A stretch of DNA of 64,000 nucleotides from Myxococcota bacterium (lineage in GTDB: Bacteria; Myxococcota_A; SURF-8; G963663525), in contig CAXXVK010000060.1 of NCBI GenBank assembly GCA_963676915.2, forward strand, positions 64,001 through 128,000. The letters are read 5' to 3'. The notes under the pieces are model-generated. The model saw nothing but the letters and a program-made list of their open reading frames with translations, did no database searches and was not told the DNA's origin. Both the position numbers and the translations under genes were made by a program. The stretch's first letter is position 1, and the number at the start of each line of letters is the position of its first letter. Shown here in pieces: positions 1 through 10,207 of the stretch.

Positions 1-1040
1 CGTACCAGCTCCATCACCTCGGCCAACTCTTCGAGATCCCCCAGCGCCTTGCGAGCCACCGCCGCTCGGTTGGCAAGGAACACAAGCTCGTTTCGAATGC
101 GCTCGCGGGTGTCTTCATCGTCCAGGTCTTCCAAAAGATCCGTAAAGAAATGACCCGGTTCGTCGATGGTTTTCCAATAGGTCGGCAAGGGTTTGTCCAA
201 CCGGGGAAACCCCGACTTGTCCATCCGTTGCCGCTCCAATCCTGCCTTGAATGCATCGGCATCGAAAGGCGAGAACAGCGCCAGCGATTCGAGATAATCC
301 GGGTAGCCCGCATCGGCCAGTCGTCGGCAGTGCTCGCGATAGGCGTGCTCTTCCAGAACGGTGGGTTGTTCCCAGATCAACCATTCCATCGCCTGCATAT
401 ATAACTCGTAATTCTGAATGTAGAGTTGCAGCAGAAAAACGGTCATCCGGTCGAGGTCGGTGTTTTCCGGGTCGAGAAAGCGGAACTGAAAATGGCTGTC
501 CAAAGTGAACAGGTCGGCGGGAATGGTGGCCGGGTCGTCGGACCACTCGTAGCGGCGGACCTCGATCATTCCCGAAAGAAACGCCACGACATACGACAAA
601 TCCATCTGACGGAGTTTTTCGGCGGCCTGCTCCATGTCGGTCTGGATCATCCAGCCGAACCAATCCAGTTGTTTTTTCACGAGAAATCGGTCTTTTTTCC
701 AGCAGTCCATATCGAACAGGCGCACAGTCTGCTCGGGGGTGGATTGCAGCACAAGGTCCATGGCGTCGGTTCGTCCCACGGCTTCGATGGTGAAATACAG
801 GTCTTCCGGCAGCATCTCGCGCAGCAGTTCTCCGGCATCCGGCGCTACTTGCAAAAGCTGGTATTTCTGACGGTAATCGAGGCGGTCCAGCAGGTTACGG
901 CGCTCGTCGTGGGTCATGGCGGCCAGTTGATTTTCGTCAACCGAGAGGTTGGCATAGGTCAACGCGCCGGAAGCCTTCCGCGAGCGGAGATCGTTGGAGT
1001 TTCGAGAGGAAGTCGAGGAGTTTTCAGGATGTTTCGTCAT
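1..1040 (-). CDS. DUF6178-family protein, 3' end runs off the window
   Basis: Absent from the ORF track (no stop in the window). Manual translation from ATG 1040 gives MTKHPENSS...RLFDMDCWKKD...RLADAGYPDY in one frame, matching motifs of the deltaproteobacterial DUF6178 family. Confidence 0.65.
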   Translation of the reverse strand, partial: MTKHPENSSTSSRNSNDLRSRKASGALTYANLSVDENQLAAMTHDERRNLLDRLDYRQKYQLLQVAPDAGELLREMLPEDLYFTIEAVGRTDAMDLVLQSTPEQTVRLFDMDCWKKDRFLVKKQLDWFGWMIQTDMEQAAEKLRQMDLSYVVAFLSGMIEVRRYEWSDDPATIPADLFTLDSHFQFRFLDPENTDLDRMTVFLLQLYIQNYELYMQAMEWLIWEQPTVLEEHAYREHCRRLADAGYPDYLESLALFSPFDADAFKAGLERQRMDKSGFPRLDKPLPTYWKTIDEPGHFFTDLLEDLDDEDTRERIRNELVFLANRAAVARKALGDLEELAEVMELV

Positions 1041-1103
1041 GGTTTTTCGTGAAAAATCTTATTTCATCAATGTGTTAGAAAATACAGTCAGGAAGCGTCG
1101 GTC

Positions 1104-1778
1104 TCAGCGTTTCAGACCCAACAGCAATCCGTCGGGGGTAGGCAAGCAGACCGATTCGCTTTCAGCCGCGAGCATTTCGTGAGCGCGCTGCATGGTGGCG
1201 ATGGCGTCCCGATCCCAGGAGTCATCCGCCTGTTTTCCTTTCAAGTACCCGAAAAGATAGGCATTATCGGCGATGATCAACCCGCCGCTTCGTAGGTGAT
1301 CCAATCCCCAGCGCACGTATTTGTCATAGTTTTCCTTGTCGCCGTCGATGAACATCAGGTCGAAGGGACCATGCTTTTCTAGGCTGGGTAACGTCTCCTG
1401 TGCCGAACCTTCCAAAAGCGTCACCTGCTTGTCCCTCCCGGCGTTTCGAAACACTTTTCGGGCGATTTCAGCGTGCTTGGGATCGTGTTCGAGGGTCCAG
1501 AGTCGTCCTTCGGGCGGCATGCCTTCCAACAACCATAAGGCGGAATATCCCGACAACGTGCCCAATTCGACAACGTTTTCGGCTCGCACCATACGAGCGA
1601 GCACCGACAGGATTTTGCCTTCCGTGCGGGAAATCTGGATCGGCGGCAACCCCTCGTTTTCGATATCGTCGAGCGCTGCCTGCATCGCCGGAGTGTGCGG
1701 ACTATGCAGCGCTTCGAGATATTTTGCGATTTCGGGATTGGAGTAATCCAAACCGCTACGGGAATCGGTATCGGCCAT
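1104..1778 (-). CDS. SAM-dependent O-methyltransferase (caffeoyl-CoA OMT / Methyltransf_3 family)
   Basis: Motifs VVELGTLSGYS, FDLMFIDGDK and GGLIIADN. Confidence 0.9.
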   Translation of the reverse strand: MADTDSRSGLDYSNPEIAKYLEALHSPHTPAMQAALDDIENEGLPPIQISRTEGKILSVLARMVRAENVVELGTLSGYSALWLLEGMPPEGRLWTLEHDPKHAEIARKVFRNAGRDKQVTLLEGSAQETLPSLEKHGPFDLMFIDGDKENYDKYVRWGLDHLRSGGLIIADNAYLFGYLKGKQADDSWDRDAIATMQRAHEMLAAESESVCLPTPDGLLLGLKR

Positions 1779-1783
1779 GGAAA

Positions 1784-2224
1784 TCAGTCCATCAGTTTCT
1801 TATGCTCGATCTTGATACATTTGGATTGCACCACCTGCAACCCGGCATCTCGGGCTTTCTGGGCGGCGGCGTTCGAAGCCAGTCCCAATTGCATCCAGAC
1901 GGCTTTCGCTCCGATGCCGATGGCCTCGTCCACGAGTCCCGGAATGAATTCCACTTTTCGGAAAATATCCACGATATCGATAGGTTGCGGAATCGACTTC
2001 AGGTCGGGATAGCTTTTTTGTCCCAACACTTCATCGAGAACCGGATTGACCGGGATCACCGTATATCCGTGTTGCAACAGGTAGTCGGCTACTTTGTAGC
2101 TGTCACGTTCCGGCTTGTTGGAAAGTCCCACCACGGCGATGGTTTTCGCGCTTTCGAGCAATCCCCGCACCTCTTCGTCCAAAGGATTCGAATCGGGAAA
2201 TTCACAGGTCATGTTGTCGCTCAT
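1784..2224 (-). CDS. CoA-binding protein (YccU-like)
   Basis: IAVVGLSNKPERDS, VIPVNP, DIVDIFR and VWMQLG; 5 bp from the methyltransferase gene. Confidence 0.9.
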   Translation of the reverse strand: MSDNMTCEFPDSNPLDEEVRGLLESAKTIAVVGLSNKPERDSYKVADYLLQHGYTVIPVNPVLDEVLGQKSYPDLKSIPQPIDIVDIFRKVEFIPGLVDEAIGIGAKAVWMQLGLASNAAAQKARDAGLQVVQSKCIKIEHKKLMD

Positions 2225-2407
2225 CGCGTCCTCCCTTCGGGGTCATCCGGTTTCGTGCACGGTCTTTTTCACGAAAATAAACTAAGCATCGATTTCGTAC
2301 ATTCAAACCGAAAAATCGATTCGCTCGGAGGATTCACCGAAACCACTGCAACTTGAGAAATAATGTATTTATTTCAATCCGTTAACTTGGGTTGTTTCTT
2401 TGTTGGG

Positions 2408-4726
2408 TTAGAATCTCGATGGATAGGCGTCGTTTCTCCGGCGCAACCAACACCCCCCTATAATCAGGGCAAGAAACAGCCAGAGCGTCGCCGGCGGTAC
2501 GTGGGTTTGCCGACAAACGGAGCTTTCTACATCTCCTGCTAAATTGTTGCCGCTTAGGCCATCGGACACACATCGCCCATTCACGCATTGGTCAGCACTA
2601 CACGTTTCGTCTTCAACCCAAGATAGCCGATCGGGACCGCATTCTTCGACAACATCGCCTACGCATCGTCTTTCGCCAAACTTACATAGGTATTCGATAC
2701 AGCCTTTTTCGATATCGCAGACTGAAACACTATCGAAACATCCATCCAAGACTCGCCAAAATCCATCCCGGCATTCTTTGTGTAACATCACTCCTGAACC
2801 AGCCACGCATGTGGTGGTGCCTTCCTCTCTCGATTTACAGGGATATTTGCAATAACCGTTTTCACAGGCTTCTAAACCGCATTCCTCGTAAACCGTCATT
2901 CGCTCGTAAGAGGAATTGCTACATCTTAGCGATAAATTGAAGTTTTCTCCTTCGAAACAACCCATCTCTCCCAGGTGTTTCTCTCCGCAGGCCGGGAACT
3001 CAGCGCATTCACCGTTATCACAAATGGAATCCCAAGGGCATTCGTCTTCAAGGCTATGCCTCCATGCACCATCCACGCAACGATCCCGATTTCTCATGAT
3101 TTTAGTCTCATCTCCAGGTAAGCATCGTGTGGAATTTTCCGGTTCGCAGGCTTCGAAACACTCTGCATCCCGGCAGACATACCTATACCCGCAAACAGAG
3201 TGTTGCCATTCGTTGTTTTGGCAATAGGCTTTTGTACGGTTTCCTGAACAAAAGGGGGCATCGCTTGAAACACAATCCACGCATTTTTCGTTTTCACAAC
3301 GGTGATCGCAGATTTCGTGCAAGGCCCACGATTTATTCTTGCAAAGCAAAATTGCCCTATGACTGGAGCAATGCTTTGCGTAACTGTTACAAGCACATTG
3401 CCAGTAACGACAATGTTCGTCGTAGTAGGCAGAACAACGTCCCGCGAAACTCGATGTTGATCCAGTGCACATCGTAACCACGCTATCATAACAGGAAATT
3501 GTACCGATTTCACAATTCCAGTCGTCGTCGATTCGTGATGAACAGGTTCCATAGGAAAGCATCAAACCATCGAAATACGGGAAAGATTCCCCCCAAAAAT
3601 CAGGTGTTTCTAGCGTTTCCAACTCTACGTCATCCGTCATTTTCTCGGCTGAAATCGTGCTTAAAAAACGCCCTAGAAAATACCTTTCTTCGAATAGCTT
3701 CAACATTTCCGAAGAAGGGGATTCGAAATACATCGTGCATATACTTGAAAGAGAATCACTGGATGAGTAATAGCAACTGTCATGTACACGATCAAGCCAT
3801 AAACCATTATTGGACTCTCGAGAATATCTAAAAACGCCATGTAACCCTGCTAGAAATTCCGCCACGAAAACTGCCGGAGCCTGCGTATCCCACAAGCGAT
3901 TCAACCAGGAGACGTATTCCGCATTCGTGCATGGTGCCTGATAAGGAATGGTCCAGCGGTACGAGCCGCCTTTTCGTGGAATCAGTTTTCCGTAGTACGA
4001 TGCGGTAAACAGCAGCACTTTGACCGGTTTTTTAGCGGACAAGGCCGTAAACGACATCGGAAAAACCGTTGGCGCGTCGGCGGGAAACTCGAATACGACG
4101 ACGGGCAGACCTTCGGGTTCGCTCAACACCCGGCTGGCGGTCCGCATTTTGGAGGCGAAAAAGACAAAACCCTTTTCAAGATAGTCGTTCAGCACTTCCT
4201 CAGAGCTTTCCGGCAGATCGAAGCCGTTTTCGGTCAGCCATTCGGCCAGGGCTTGACTCGTTTCCGCCGTGATGACCTGATAGTCCAACAACCCGACCGA
4301 TCCATCCAGAATTACTGAAACATTGCTGGGATCGCCATCGACCGACGAACCTCCAGCGGCAGCCTCGTCGGAGCTGTAATGTGTGGTGATTGTAGCGATC
4401 CATGGCGTGGTGAGGGTCACGAGCTCGTCCAGAAACCCCGGATCACCTTCGACGATGGCTACAGGTTCCACCGGAAGAGGCAGAACCCAGGCAAAATCCT
4501 GGGCCGGTCCGTTATAGCTCGACTGCACCCACATCTCCACGGCTTCGGGCTTTTGCCAAATCAACGCCCGTTGCGCCCCCATACCGCCGGAAACGGCCTG
4601 CGTTCCATCGACGGAATAGTAGAATCCGCCGTCGGCCAGAGCTTGAGACGAAATCCCCGACAAAAGGAGAAAAACGAGGAAGGTAAAGAACTTACCGATG
4701 CAGCACCAAGGCCGATTCGATTGCAT
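2408..4726 (-). CDS. Secreted DUF2330-domain protein with Cys-rich C-terminal region and MYXO-CTERM-like anchor
   Basis: Signal peptide (ALA-DGGF), QRALI / DFAWVLPLP / WLTENGF motifs, many Cys repeats, and the tail SSVCRQT...LWLFLALIIGGCWLRRR. Confidence 0.7.
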   Translation of the reverse strand: MQSNRPWCCIGKFFTFLVFLLLSGISSQALADGGFYYSVDGTQAVSGGMGAQRALIWQKPEAVEMWVQSSYNGPAQDFAWVLPLPVEPVAIVEGDPGFLDELVTLTTPWIATITTHYSSDEAAAGGSSVDGDPSNVSVILDGSVGLLDYQVITAETSQALAEWLTENGFDLPESSEEVLNDYLEKGFVFFASKMRTASRVLSEPEGLPVVVFEFPADAPTVFPMSFTALSAKKPVKVLLFTASYYGKLIPRKGGSYRWTIPYQAPCTNAEYVSWLNRLWDTQAPAVFVAEFLAGLHGVFRYSRESNNGLWLDRVHDSCYYSSSDSLSSICTMYFESPSSEMLKLFEERYFLGRFLSTISAEKMTDDVELETLETPDFWGESFPYFDGLMLSYGTCSSRIDDDWNCEIGTISCYDSVVTMCTGSTSSFAGRCSAYYDEHCRYWQCACNSYAKHCSSHRAILLCKNKSWALHEICDHRCENEKCVDCVSSDAPFCSGNRTKAYCQNNEWQHSVCGYRYVCRDAECFEACEPENSTRCLPGDETKIMRNRDRCVDGAWRHSLEDECPWDSICDNGECAEFPACGEKHLGEMGCFEGENFNLSLRCSNSSYERMTVYEECGLEACENGYCKYPCKSREEGTTTCVAGSGVMLHKECRDGFWRVLDGCFDSVSVCDIEKGCIEYLCKFGERRCVGDVVEECGPDRLSWVEDETCSADQCVNGRCVSDGLSGNNLAGDVESSVCRQTHVPPATLWLFLALIIGGCWLRRRNDAYPSRF

Positions 4727-4964
4727 GGCAATTTCTCCCAGGAAAAAGAGAACAATTCCGAGTATAAAAGTATGACGTATTGCATTCCTTTATATCATGT
4801 TACCATGAGAAATAAAATCATTGGGGTACACGTATGAAATTGTATGGAAGAAAAGTCGCCATATTATCAGGGAAACGTGGTTTGGGGTTTATTCCGGGTG
4901 ATTTTTCCCAGACCGGATGATTCTTCATGAAGTATGCAGGCTAGTCATGGTGAAGACGAGGGAA

Positions 4965-5168
4965 GGGGTGCATCACAAAATGGTGCGAATTGGCCCAATA
5001 ATATTGAAGGATTCATTCATTTGGTTGTAGCGGCGAGGCGTAAGCCCGCCGAAAAGGGAGATTAGGGGCGTAAAAGCAACTTTCAAAAAGCAAAAACGGC
5101 GGGCTTACGCCTCGCCGCTACGAAAAAAGAGGATTTTACGAAAGTCGCACTATTTTGTGATGCACCCC
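4965..5168. mobile_element. 204-bp MITE-like element with 24-bp terminal inverted repeats, 7-bp target-site duplication and an internal REP pair
   Basis: TIR GGGGTGCATCACAAAATGGTGCGA (4965-4988) vs 5145-5168 with 1 mismatch; GAGGGAA at 4958-4964 and 5169-5175. Confidence 0.8.
5027..5121. repeat. Inverted pair of GTAG-type REPs (REPIN-like)
   Basis: GTAGCGGCGAGGCGTAAGCCCGCCG (5027-5051) and its perfect reverse complement (5097-5121). Confidence 0.8.
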
Positions 5169-5400
5169 GAGGGAAGTCCTATGAATAATAGACGTTGTCT
5201 TGAAGCGGATCTGGTGCTAGAATGAAAAATCCGGTTGTGTTATCGACCTTGGCGACTACCCTTGTTACCGGTGAAAAAGCGAAGGGAAGATAGAGAATTG
5301 TCAAGGTTTTCGAGGGGATATACGTTTTCGCGACAAGATCGAACGGGAACGGGAAAGACCTATACGATCTGAAATACTGCGAAAGAGAGACGAAGCGACG

Positions 5401-8397
5401 ATGAAAAAATCGAAATGGTTGTTGGGACTGGTTTCCGTTCTGGTGGTAATCGGCGTGTATTTCGGTGTGGTCCGTGAACCCGATCCCGGCGTATGGGGAC
5501 GTTCGCCGCTGGAAGCCGCCCGAGTCGAAGCCAAACCCCAGACCGAGAAATACGATCTGGCGTCCATCGAGATCATGACGAAGGTCATCACCTACATCAA
5601 AAATTATTACTACGACCCCACTCGCATCCATCCGAAAAAGATGTTCACCAGTGCTTTGGACGAAGTGGCTCGCGATGTCGCTTCGGTTCTCGTTCATCAC
5701 GATGAGGAAAGCGAAAAATCCACCATTCGGATCGATACCTGGGAGAGAGAATTCACCTACGACGACATCGATTCCCCCTGGGACATCCAATATCGGATGA
5801 GCGAGGTGTTTCGTTTTCTGCAACCCCATTTCGACCATTACGTGGACCCCAAGGAAGTGGAATACGCGGCGATCAACGGCATGTTGGATACGCTGGACCC
5901 ACACTCCACCCAGATGTCTCCCAAGATTTACAACGACCTGAAAGTGTCGACTCAGGGCAATTTCGGCGGACTGGGCATTCAGATCGGCATTCGGGACGGC
6001 GAGTTGACCGTCATCATCCCGATCAAAGGAACGCCTGCCTATCGCGCCGGGCTGAAAGCACTCGACAAAATCGTACGTATCGATGGTCAATCCACGGTCA
6101 ACCTGCCGCTGGAGGACGCCGTCAAGATGATGCGTGGCAAGGCGCAAACCCCCTGTAAACTTCATATCATGCGTAAAGGGTTCAAAGAACCCAAAGAATA
6201 CGTCATCATCCGCGACCGCATCAAGATCCAGAGCACAGAGAGCAAATTGCTGGGCAATGGCATCGGATACGTTCGCATCAAGAATTTCCAGGGAAACACC
6301 GTTCGTGACATGAAGGAATTCCTAGCCGAAGCCGAAAAGAAAAAGCCTCTGAAAGGGCTGATCATCGACCTGCGGCACAATCCGGGTGGTTTGTTGGAAG
6401 CGGCGATCAACATGGGCGACATGTTCCTGTCCGAAGGCGTGATCGTCACCACCGTCGGGTCGCGCAACGAAATCAAGGAATCCAAAGAAGCCAGCGCGGC
6501 AGGGACCGAACCCCATTACCCGATTCTCGTTCTGGTCAACCACGGATCGGCTTCAGCCTCCGAAATCGTATCCGGTGCGTTGAAAAACAACAATCGGGCC
6601 GTGATTTTGGGAGACCGAACCTTTGGCAAAGGCAGTGTACAGCTTTTGTACGAAATGGAGGATCACAGCGCGTTGAAACTGACCATCGCCCAGTATCTGA
6701 CGCCCGGCGATGTGTCGATTCAATCGGTTGGCATTGTACCTGACGTGAAGGTGCTGCCGGTATTCATCGATGAAAACGAAGTGGAGTTCTTCACCAGCGA
6801 TGGTCTGAATCGGGAAGCCAAACTCGACGGCCACCTGGTGCACGACTCGACGATCGAAGATCGTGAAATCTATACCTTGCGGTATCTGCACGACGAGAAA
6901 CGCGACGAGATGGATATCGACGATTCGTTGACCAAGATCCTGATCGATTTCCCCGTCCTTCTGGCCAAGGAACTGCTGGAAAGCCTCGATGGTGTTAGCC
7001 GCCGTGAAATGATGCTGCAACAACTGATGCCGGAGTTACGTAAGATTTCGAACCGGGAAGAAAAGAAAATCGTACGCGAGCTGAAAAAGCTGGAAGTGGA
7101 CTGGTCGGTGGCCGAGGTCGAGCAACCCCCCGAAGCGGAAATCAAGATCTGGACCGAGCCGAAAGCGCCGATCAAGTCCGGTGACAAAGTGACGCTCTTT
7201 ATGTCGGTGAAAAACGTGGGACAGGGCGCTTACCATCGTCTCGTGGCCGATTCGAAGGCCGACTGGTATCTGTTCGACCACTTGGAGCTGTTTTTCGGAA
7301 AAATCGAGCCGGGACAGACGATTACCCGCAAGATTCCCATCGAAATTCCTCCGGATACGCCTCGCCGAGAAGCGGTGATGAACTTCCATTTCACCGAGCA
7401 CAACAAGTACCTGCCTCCCGATACCCCGTTCCGTTTCGAGGTCAGTGACCTGCCGCAACCGGATTTCTCCTATACTTATCAGGTACGTGACGAAGCGGGC
7501 AACGGTGATGGTCTGATTCAGCGTGGCGAAACCGTGGAAATTCTGGTGGATGTCCTCAACCAGGGCAAAGGTCCGAACATCGACGGCTTGGCAATGATCA
7601 AAAACTCGGACAATCTCAAAGACGTATTCATCAAGAAAGGCCGAATGGAATTCGACCCGATCCAGCCGGGCGAGCGAAAGCTTCTGCGTTTCGAAGTCGA
7701 GGTCAAACCGGGACTGGAAGATTCGAAATTCCCCATGGAAATCAGTATCGTAGATACGGACATGCGGGTCGCCACCTCCCAGGAAATCACCTTCGACCTG
7801 ATGGCACCCTTCCCCATGACGCCGGTGCCCAAGGGACAGGTGATCGAACTGGCCGAAAATCAAAAAATCCTGTCTTCTCCCGATGCTCGTCATCCCATCC
7901 TGACCGTAGTCAAAGAAGCGAAAAAAGCGTCGGTTTCGGCATTAAGTGGTCGTTGGGCAAAAATAATCATTGACAAAGACCGCTTTGGGTGGGTAGAGAA
8001 AGACGCCGGGTGGCATCCGCAAGCGGGTAAGCCGACGTTGAAAGCGTCTATCGACCACTTTTTCCGCAAACCCGTGGTGGAAGTCAACCCGATTTCGTAC
8101 TCGCTGTTCACCGACCAGCCCGAGATAACGCTTCGGGGACACATCGAGGACGATAACCAGGTCCGGGACATGTTTATCATGAATAACCGGCGCAAGGTCT
8201 TTTACAAGTCCAACAAGACCGGAGTGGATTTTCTCAAGATGCCGTTTGAAACAACCATTCCGCTCGAAGAAGGACAGAATTACATTCGCATCGTAGCCCG
8301 TGAATCGGATAAATTCGTTGGCTACAAAACTCTGGTGATCAACCGCAAACGCGGACCGGAAAACGAAATGGCGGCCAACAAGGCTGCCGGGGAGTGA
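5401..8397 (+). CDS. S41 C-terminal processing protease with PDZ domain and long C-terminal beta-sandwich extension (MXAN_5808-like)
   Basis: LDPHS, FGGLGI (PDZ), DLRHNPGG, SASASEI (catalytic Ser) and TFGKGSVQ (catalytic Lys). Confidence 0.9.
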   Translation: MKKSKWLLGLVSVLVVIGVYFGVVREPDPGVWGRSPLEAARVEAKPQTEKYDLASIEIMTKVITYIKNYYYDPTRIHPKKMFTSALDEVARDVASVLVHHDEESEKSTIRIDTWEREFTYDDIDSPWDIQYRMSEVFRFLQPHFDHYVDPKEVEYAAINGMLDTLDPHSTQMSPKIYNDLKVSTQGNFGGLGIQIGIRDGELTVIIPIKGTPAYRAGLKALDKIVRIDGQSTVNLPLEDAVKMMRGKAQTPCKLHIMRKGFKEPKEYVIIRDRIKIQSTESKLLGNGIGYVRIKNFQGNTVRDMKEFLAEAEKKKPLKGLIIDLRHNPGGLLEAAINMGDMFLSEGVIVTTVGSRNEIKESKEASAAGTEPHYPILVLVNHGSASASEIVSGALKNNNRAVILGDRTFGKGSVQLLYEMEDHSALKLTIAQYLTPGDVSIQSVGIVPDVKVLPVFIDENEVEFFTSDGLNREAKLDGHLVHDSTIEDREIYTLRYLHDEKRDEMDIDDSLTKILIDFPVLLAKELLESLDGVSRREMMLQQLMPELRKISNREEKKIVRELKKLEVDWSVAEVEQPPEAEIKIWTEPKAPIKSGDKVTLFMSVKNVGQGAYHRLVADSKADWYLFDHLELFFGKIEPGQTITRKIPIEIPPDTPRREAVMNFHFTEHNKYLPPDTPFRFEVSDLPQPDFSYTYQVRDEAGNGDGLIQRGETVEILVDVLNQGKGPNIDGLAMIKNSDNLKDVFIKKGRMEFDPIQPGERKLLRFEVEVKPGLEDSKFPMEISIVDTDMRVATSQEITFDLMAPFPMTPVPKGQVIELAENQKILSSPDARHPILTVVKEAKKASVSALSGRWAKIIIDKDRFGWVEKDAGWHPQAGKPTLKASIDHFFRKPVVEVNPISYSLFTDQPEITLRGHIEDDNQVRDMFIMNNRRKVFYKSNKTGVDFLKMPFETTIPLEEGQNYIRIVARESDKFVGYKTLVINRKRGPENEMAANKAAGE

Positions 8398-8400
8398 GCC

Positions 8401-8622
8401 ATGGCAAAGTTGAAGATCAAGACCATCGTGGAAAAATGCGAGGGTTGCAACCAGATCGTCGATAAGGAAGACGGCCTGTACTGCAAGAGCTACGCCGATC
8501 CCTCGATCATGTGGAAAGACGACACCTGCATCCGGGCGTCCCACGTCAAACGAGCGATCGCGTCCATCGAGACGAAGATCAACCCGTTGAAAGCTTCCAA
8601 GCGCGCGGCACGTGGTGGCTAG
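8401..8622 (+). CDS. PxxKW-family small Cys-rich protein
   Basis: CEGC...C..Y.DPSIMW....C..ASH...KINPLKASKR pattern; 3 bp after the protease gene. Confidence 0.8.
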   Translation: MAKLKIKTIVEKCEGCNQIVDKEDGLYCKSYADPSIMWKDDTCIRASHVKRAIASIETKINPLKASKRAARGG

Positions 8623-8644
8623 AAAACAGGTTTCGATCCATTTC

Positions 8645-8675
8645 AAAAAGGGGCGCATCATGCGTCCTTTTTTTT
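8645..8675 (+). terminator. Rho-independent terminator
   Basis: AAAAAGGGGCGCA-TCA-TGCGTCCTTTTTTTT. Confidence 0.7.
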
Positions 8676-8703
8676 ATCGCTTATTCCGAACGCTGAAACT
8701 CTC

Positions 8704-8854
8704 GCAGGTTGGGCAAATTTCTTACCCGACTCCCTGACTGAGGAGAGAAAAATTTTCTTTTATTTCAGCATGTTCCAAGTGTTGTAAGTAAGGTATACCA
8801 CCTTTTAATGTCCAACACCTCGACATTGTCGGGCAAGAAATTTGCCCGACCTAC
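8704..8854. repeat. GTAG-type REP family A copies (consensus GTAGGTCGGGCWAATTTYTWGCCCGAC)
   Basis: A degenerate copy at 8704-8730 and an inverted copy at 8828-8854; the same family recurs at 24927, 34197, 48599 and 48672. Confidence 0.8.
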
Positions 8855-8894
8855 TGCTACTCCCTGACTGTTTATCTTCAGGTATCTTGAAAGG

Positions 8895-9993
8895 TTACGG
8901 CGTTTTTGCCTCTTTGCGGAGCACCCTTTCCACCGTATTCTGCAAACAACTTGCCACCTGCTCGGCTCCCTTGGCGGACCAATGCGGGTCATCGTCTTGC
9001 GATTCGAAATTCCCCCAGCACGGCAGGTCATTGTTGTCTATCCAGGTCACACCTTGTGGAAGGTTGCGAACGAACTCGGGATTGTCGAAAGAAAAATTAC
9101 AGAAAATCAAAAGCCTAGCCGATCCGACAGCCTGCCGCATGTCGTGAATCCAACCGGGTAAGACCTCCTGTGCTTGGTCGAGAACCTCGCCGAGAAGTTC
9201 GTCGTTGTATTGATATTGTTGAAGGAGATCAAGGCCGGTCAATACAAGTAAACGCTCGAAAACACTCTCGGAAAAACGTTCGAGACGCGAATTGATGCCG
9301 ATAGGACTTAGATCGTCCACCTTCAAGTACACGAGAACCATTTCGGGAGCGTACCGTTGTCGAACGTACCGCGCCATTTCGGTAAAATCGCGAATCGATG
9401 CTCCCGGAATTCCAGCGTTGATTATCCGCACGGGAATTCCAAGGGATTCCGATACCTTGTGTTCCAAACGAGCGGGAACGGCCATCGGACAGGTGAGGTC
9501 TGCTGCCGAAAACGAAGGAATCGCCGATAAACGCAAATGTGTGCTTCGCTTCCGAAGCGCTTCGAGAACAATCCTTGAGTCCATGGATGTCGATCTTGTC
9601 GTCTTCGTCATCGGGATCCTGCCGCATGACCCACAGGCCGAAATCTTCCAAGTATTGGTAATCCGTAATGGAATCATCCACCCAAAGCGCTGCAAGCCCG
9701 AGAACGGAAGAAACCGTGCCGACCGCTGCCACAACTCGCCACAGTGTGGGGAGAGGATTCAAGCGCCGATGACGCACCCATCCATACAAAACGAAAGCCG
9801 CCGCGAAAAACGCGAGATCCGTGAGAAAAGGTGAAGACCCTATCGAGCCGTTTGCATACGCTGCCACGACACACCCAACCATATACAGGTTGGCGAAAAG
9901 AAACAGGCCATCCGCCAGAGCGAAAACCGTCGCTCCTAAAATCCGCAGCATTGTTGGGTGAAAAGACGACACGGCAAATCTCCGAAACGACAA
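8895..9993 (-). pseudogene. Membrane-anchored SGNH/GDSL hydrolase-like gene split by one frameshift near 9500
   Basis: ORF 9229..9993 has TM helices and AFIGDSFVFG (block I). ORF 8895..9734 continues with INAGIPGAS (block II) and DPHWS (block V). May be an assembly error; the start is uncertain. Confidence 0.65.
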
Positions 9994-10207
9994 CAGAACT
10001 TACAACCGCAACAGATTACCCAACCCTTCATCAATCGCCAAAAGAAAACAAGCGGCATATTTGATCTTATTGTCCTTGAAAAAATCAAGATCCCCGCACC
10101 GTTTGAACAATCTGCCGTTCCCCCAATCACTGACGATTGTTTATTGTGAATTCGTTAGAAAAGTGTTAAGAAAAAGGATCTTTCTTTTTTAACGCGAGGG
10201 GCGATTC

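Noticed and set aside
426-1052. Long antisense ORFs (also 5179..6165 -, 10166..11374 -, 16024..17190 -, 18469..19389 -, 45893..47611 -, 63041..63976 -)
   Set aside because: They lie opposite well-supported genes and have no recognisable motifs; typical shadow ORFs in GC-rich DNA.
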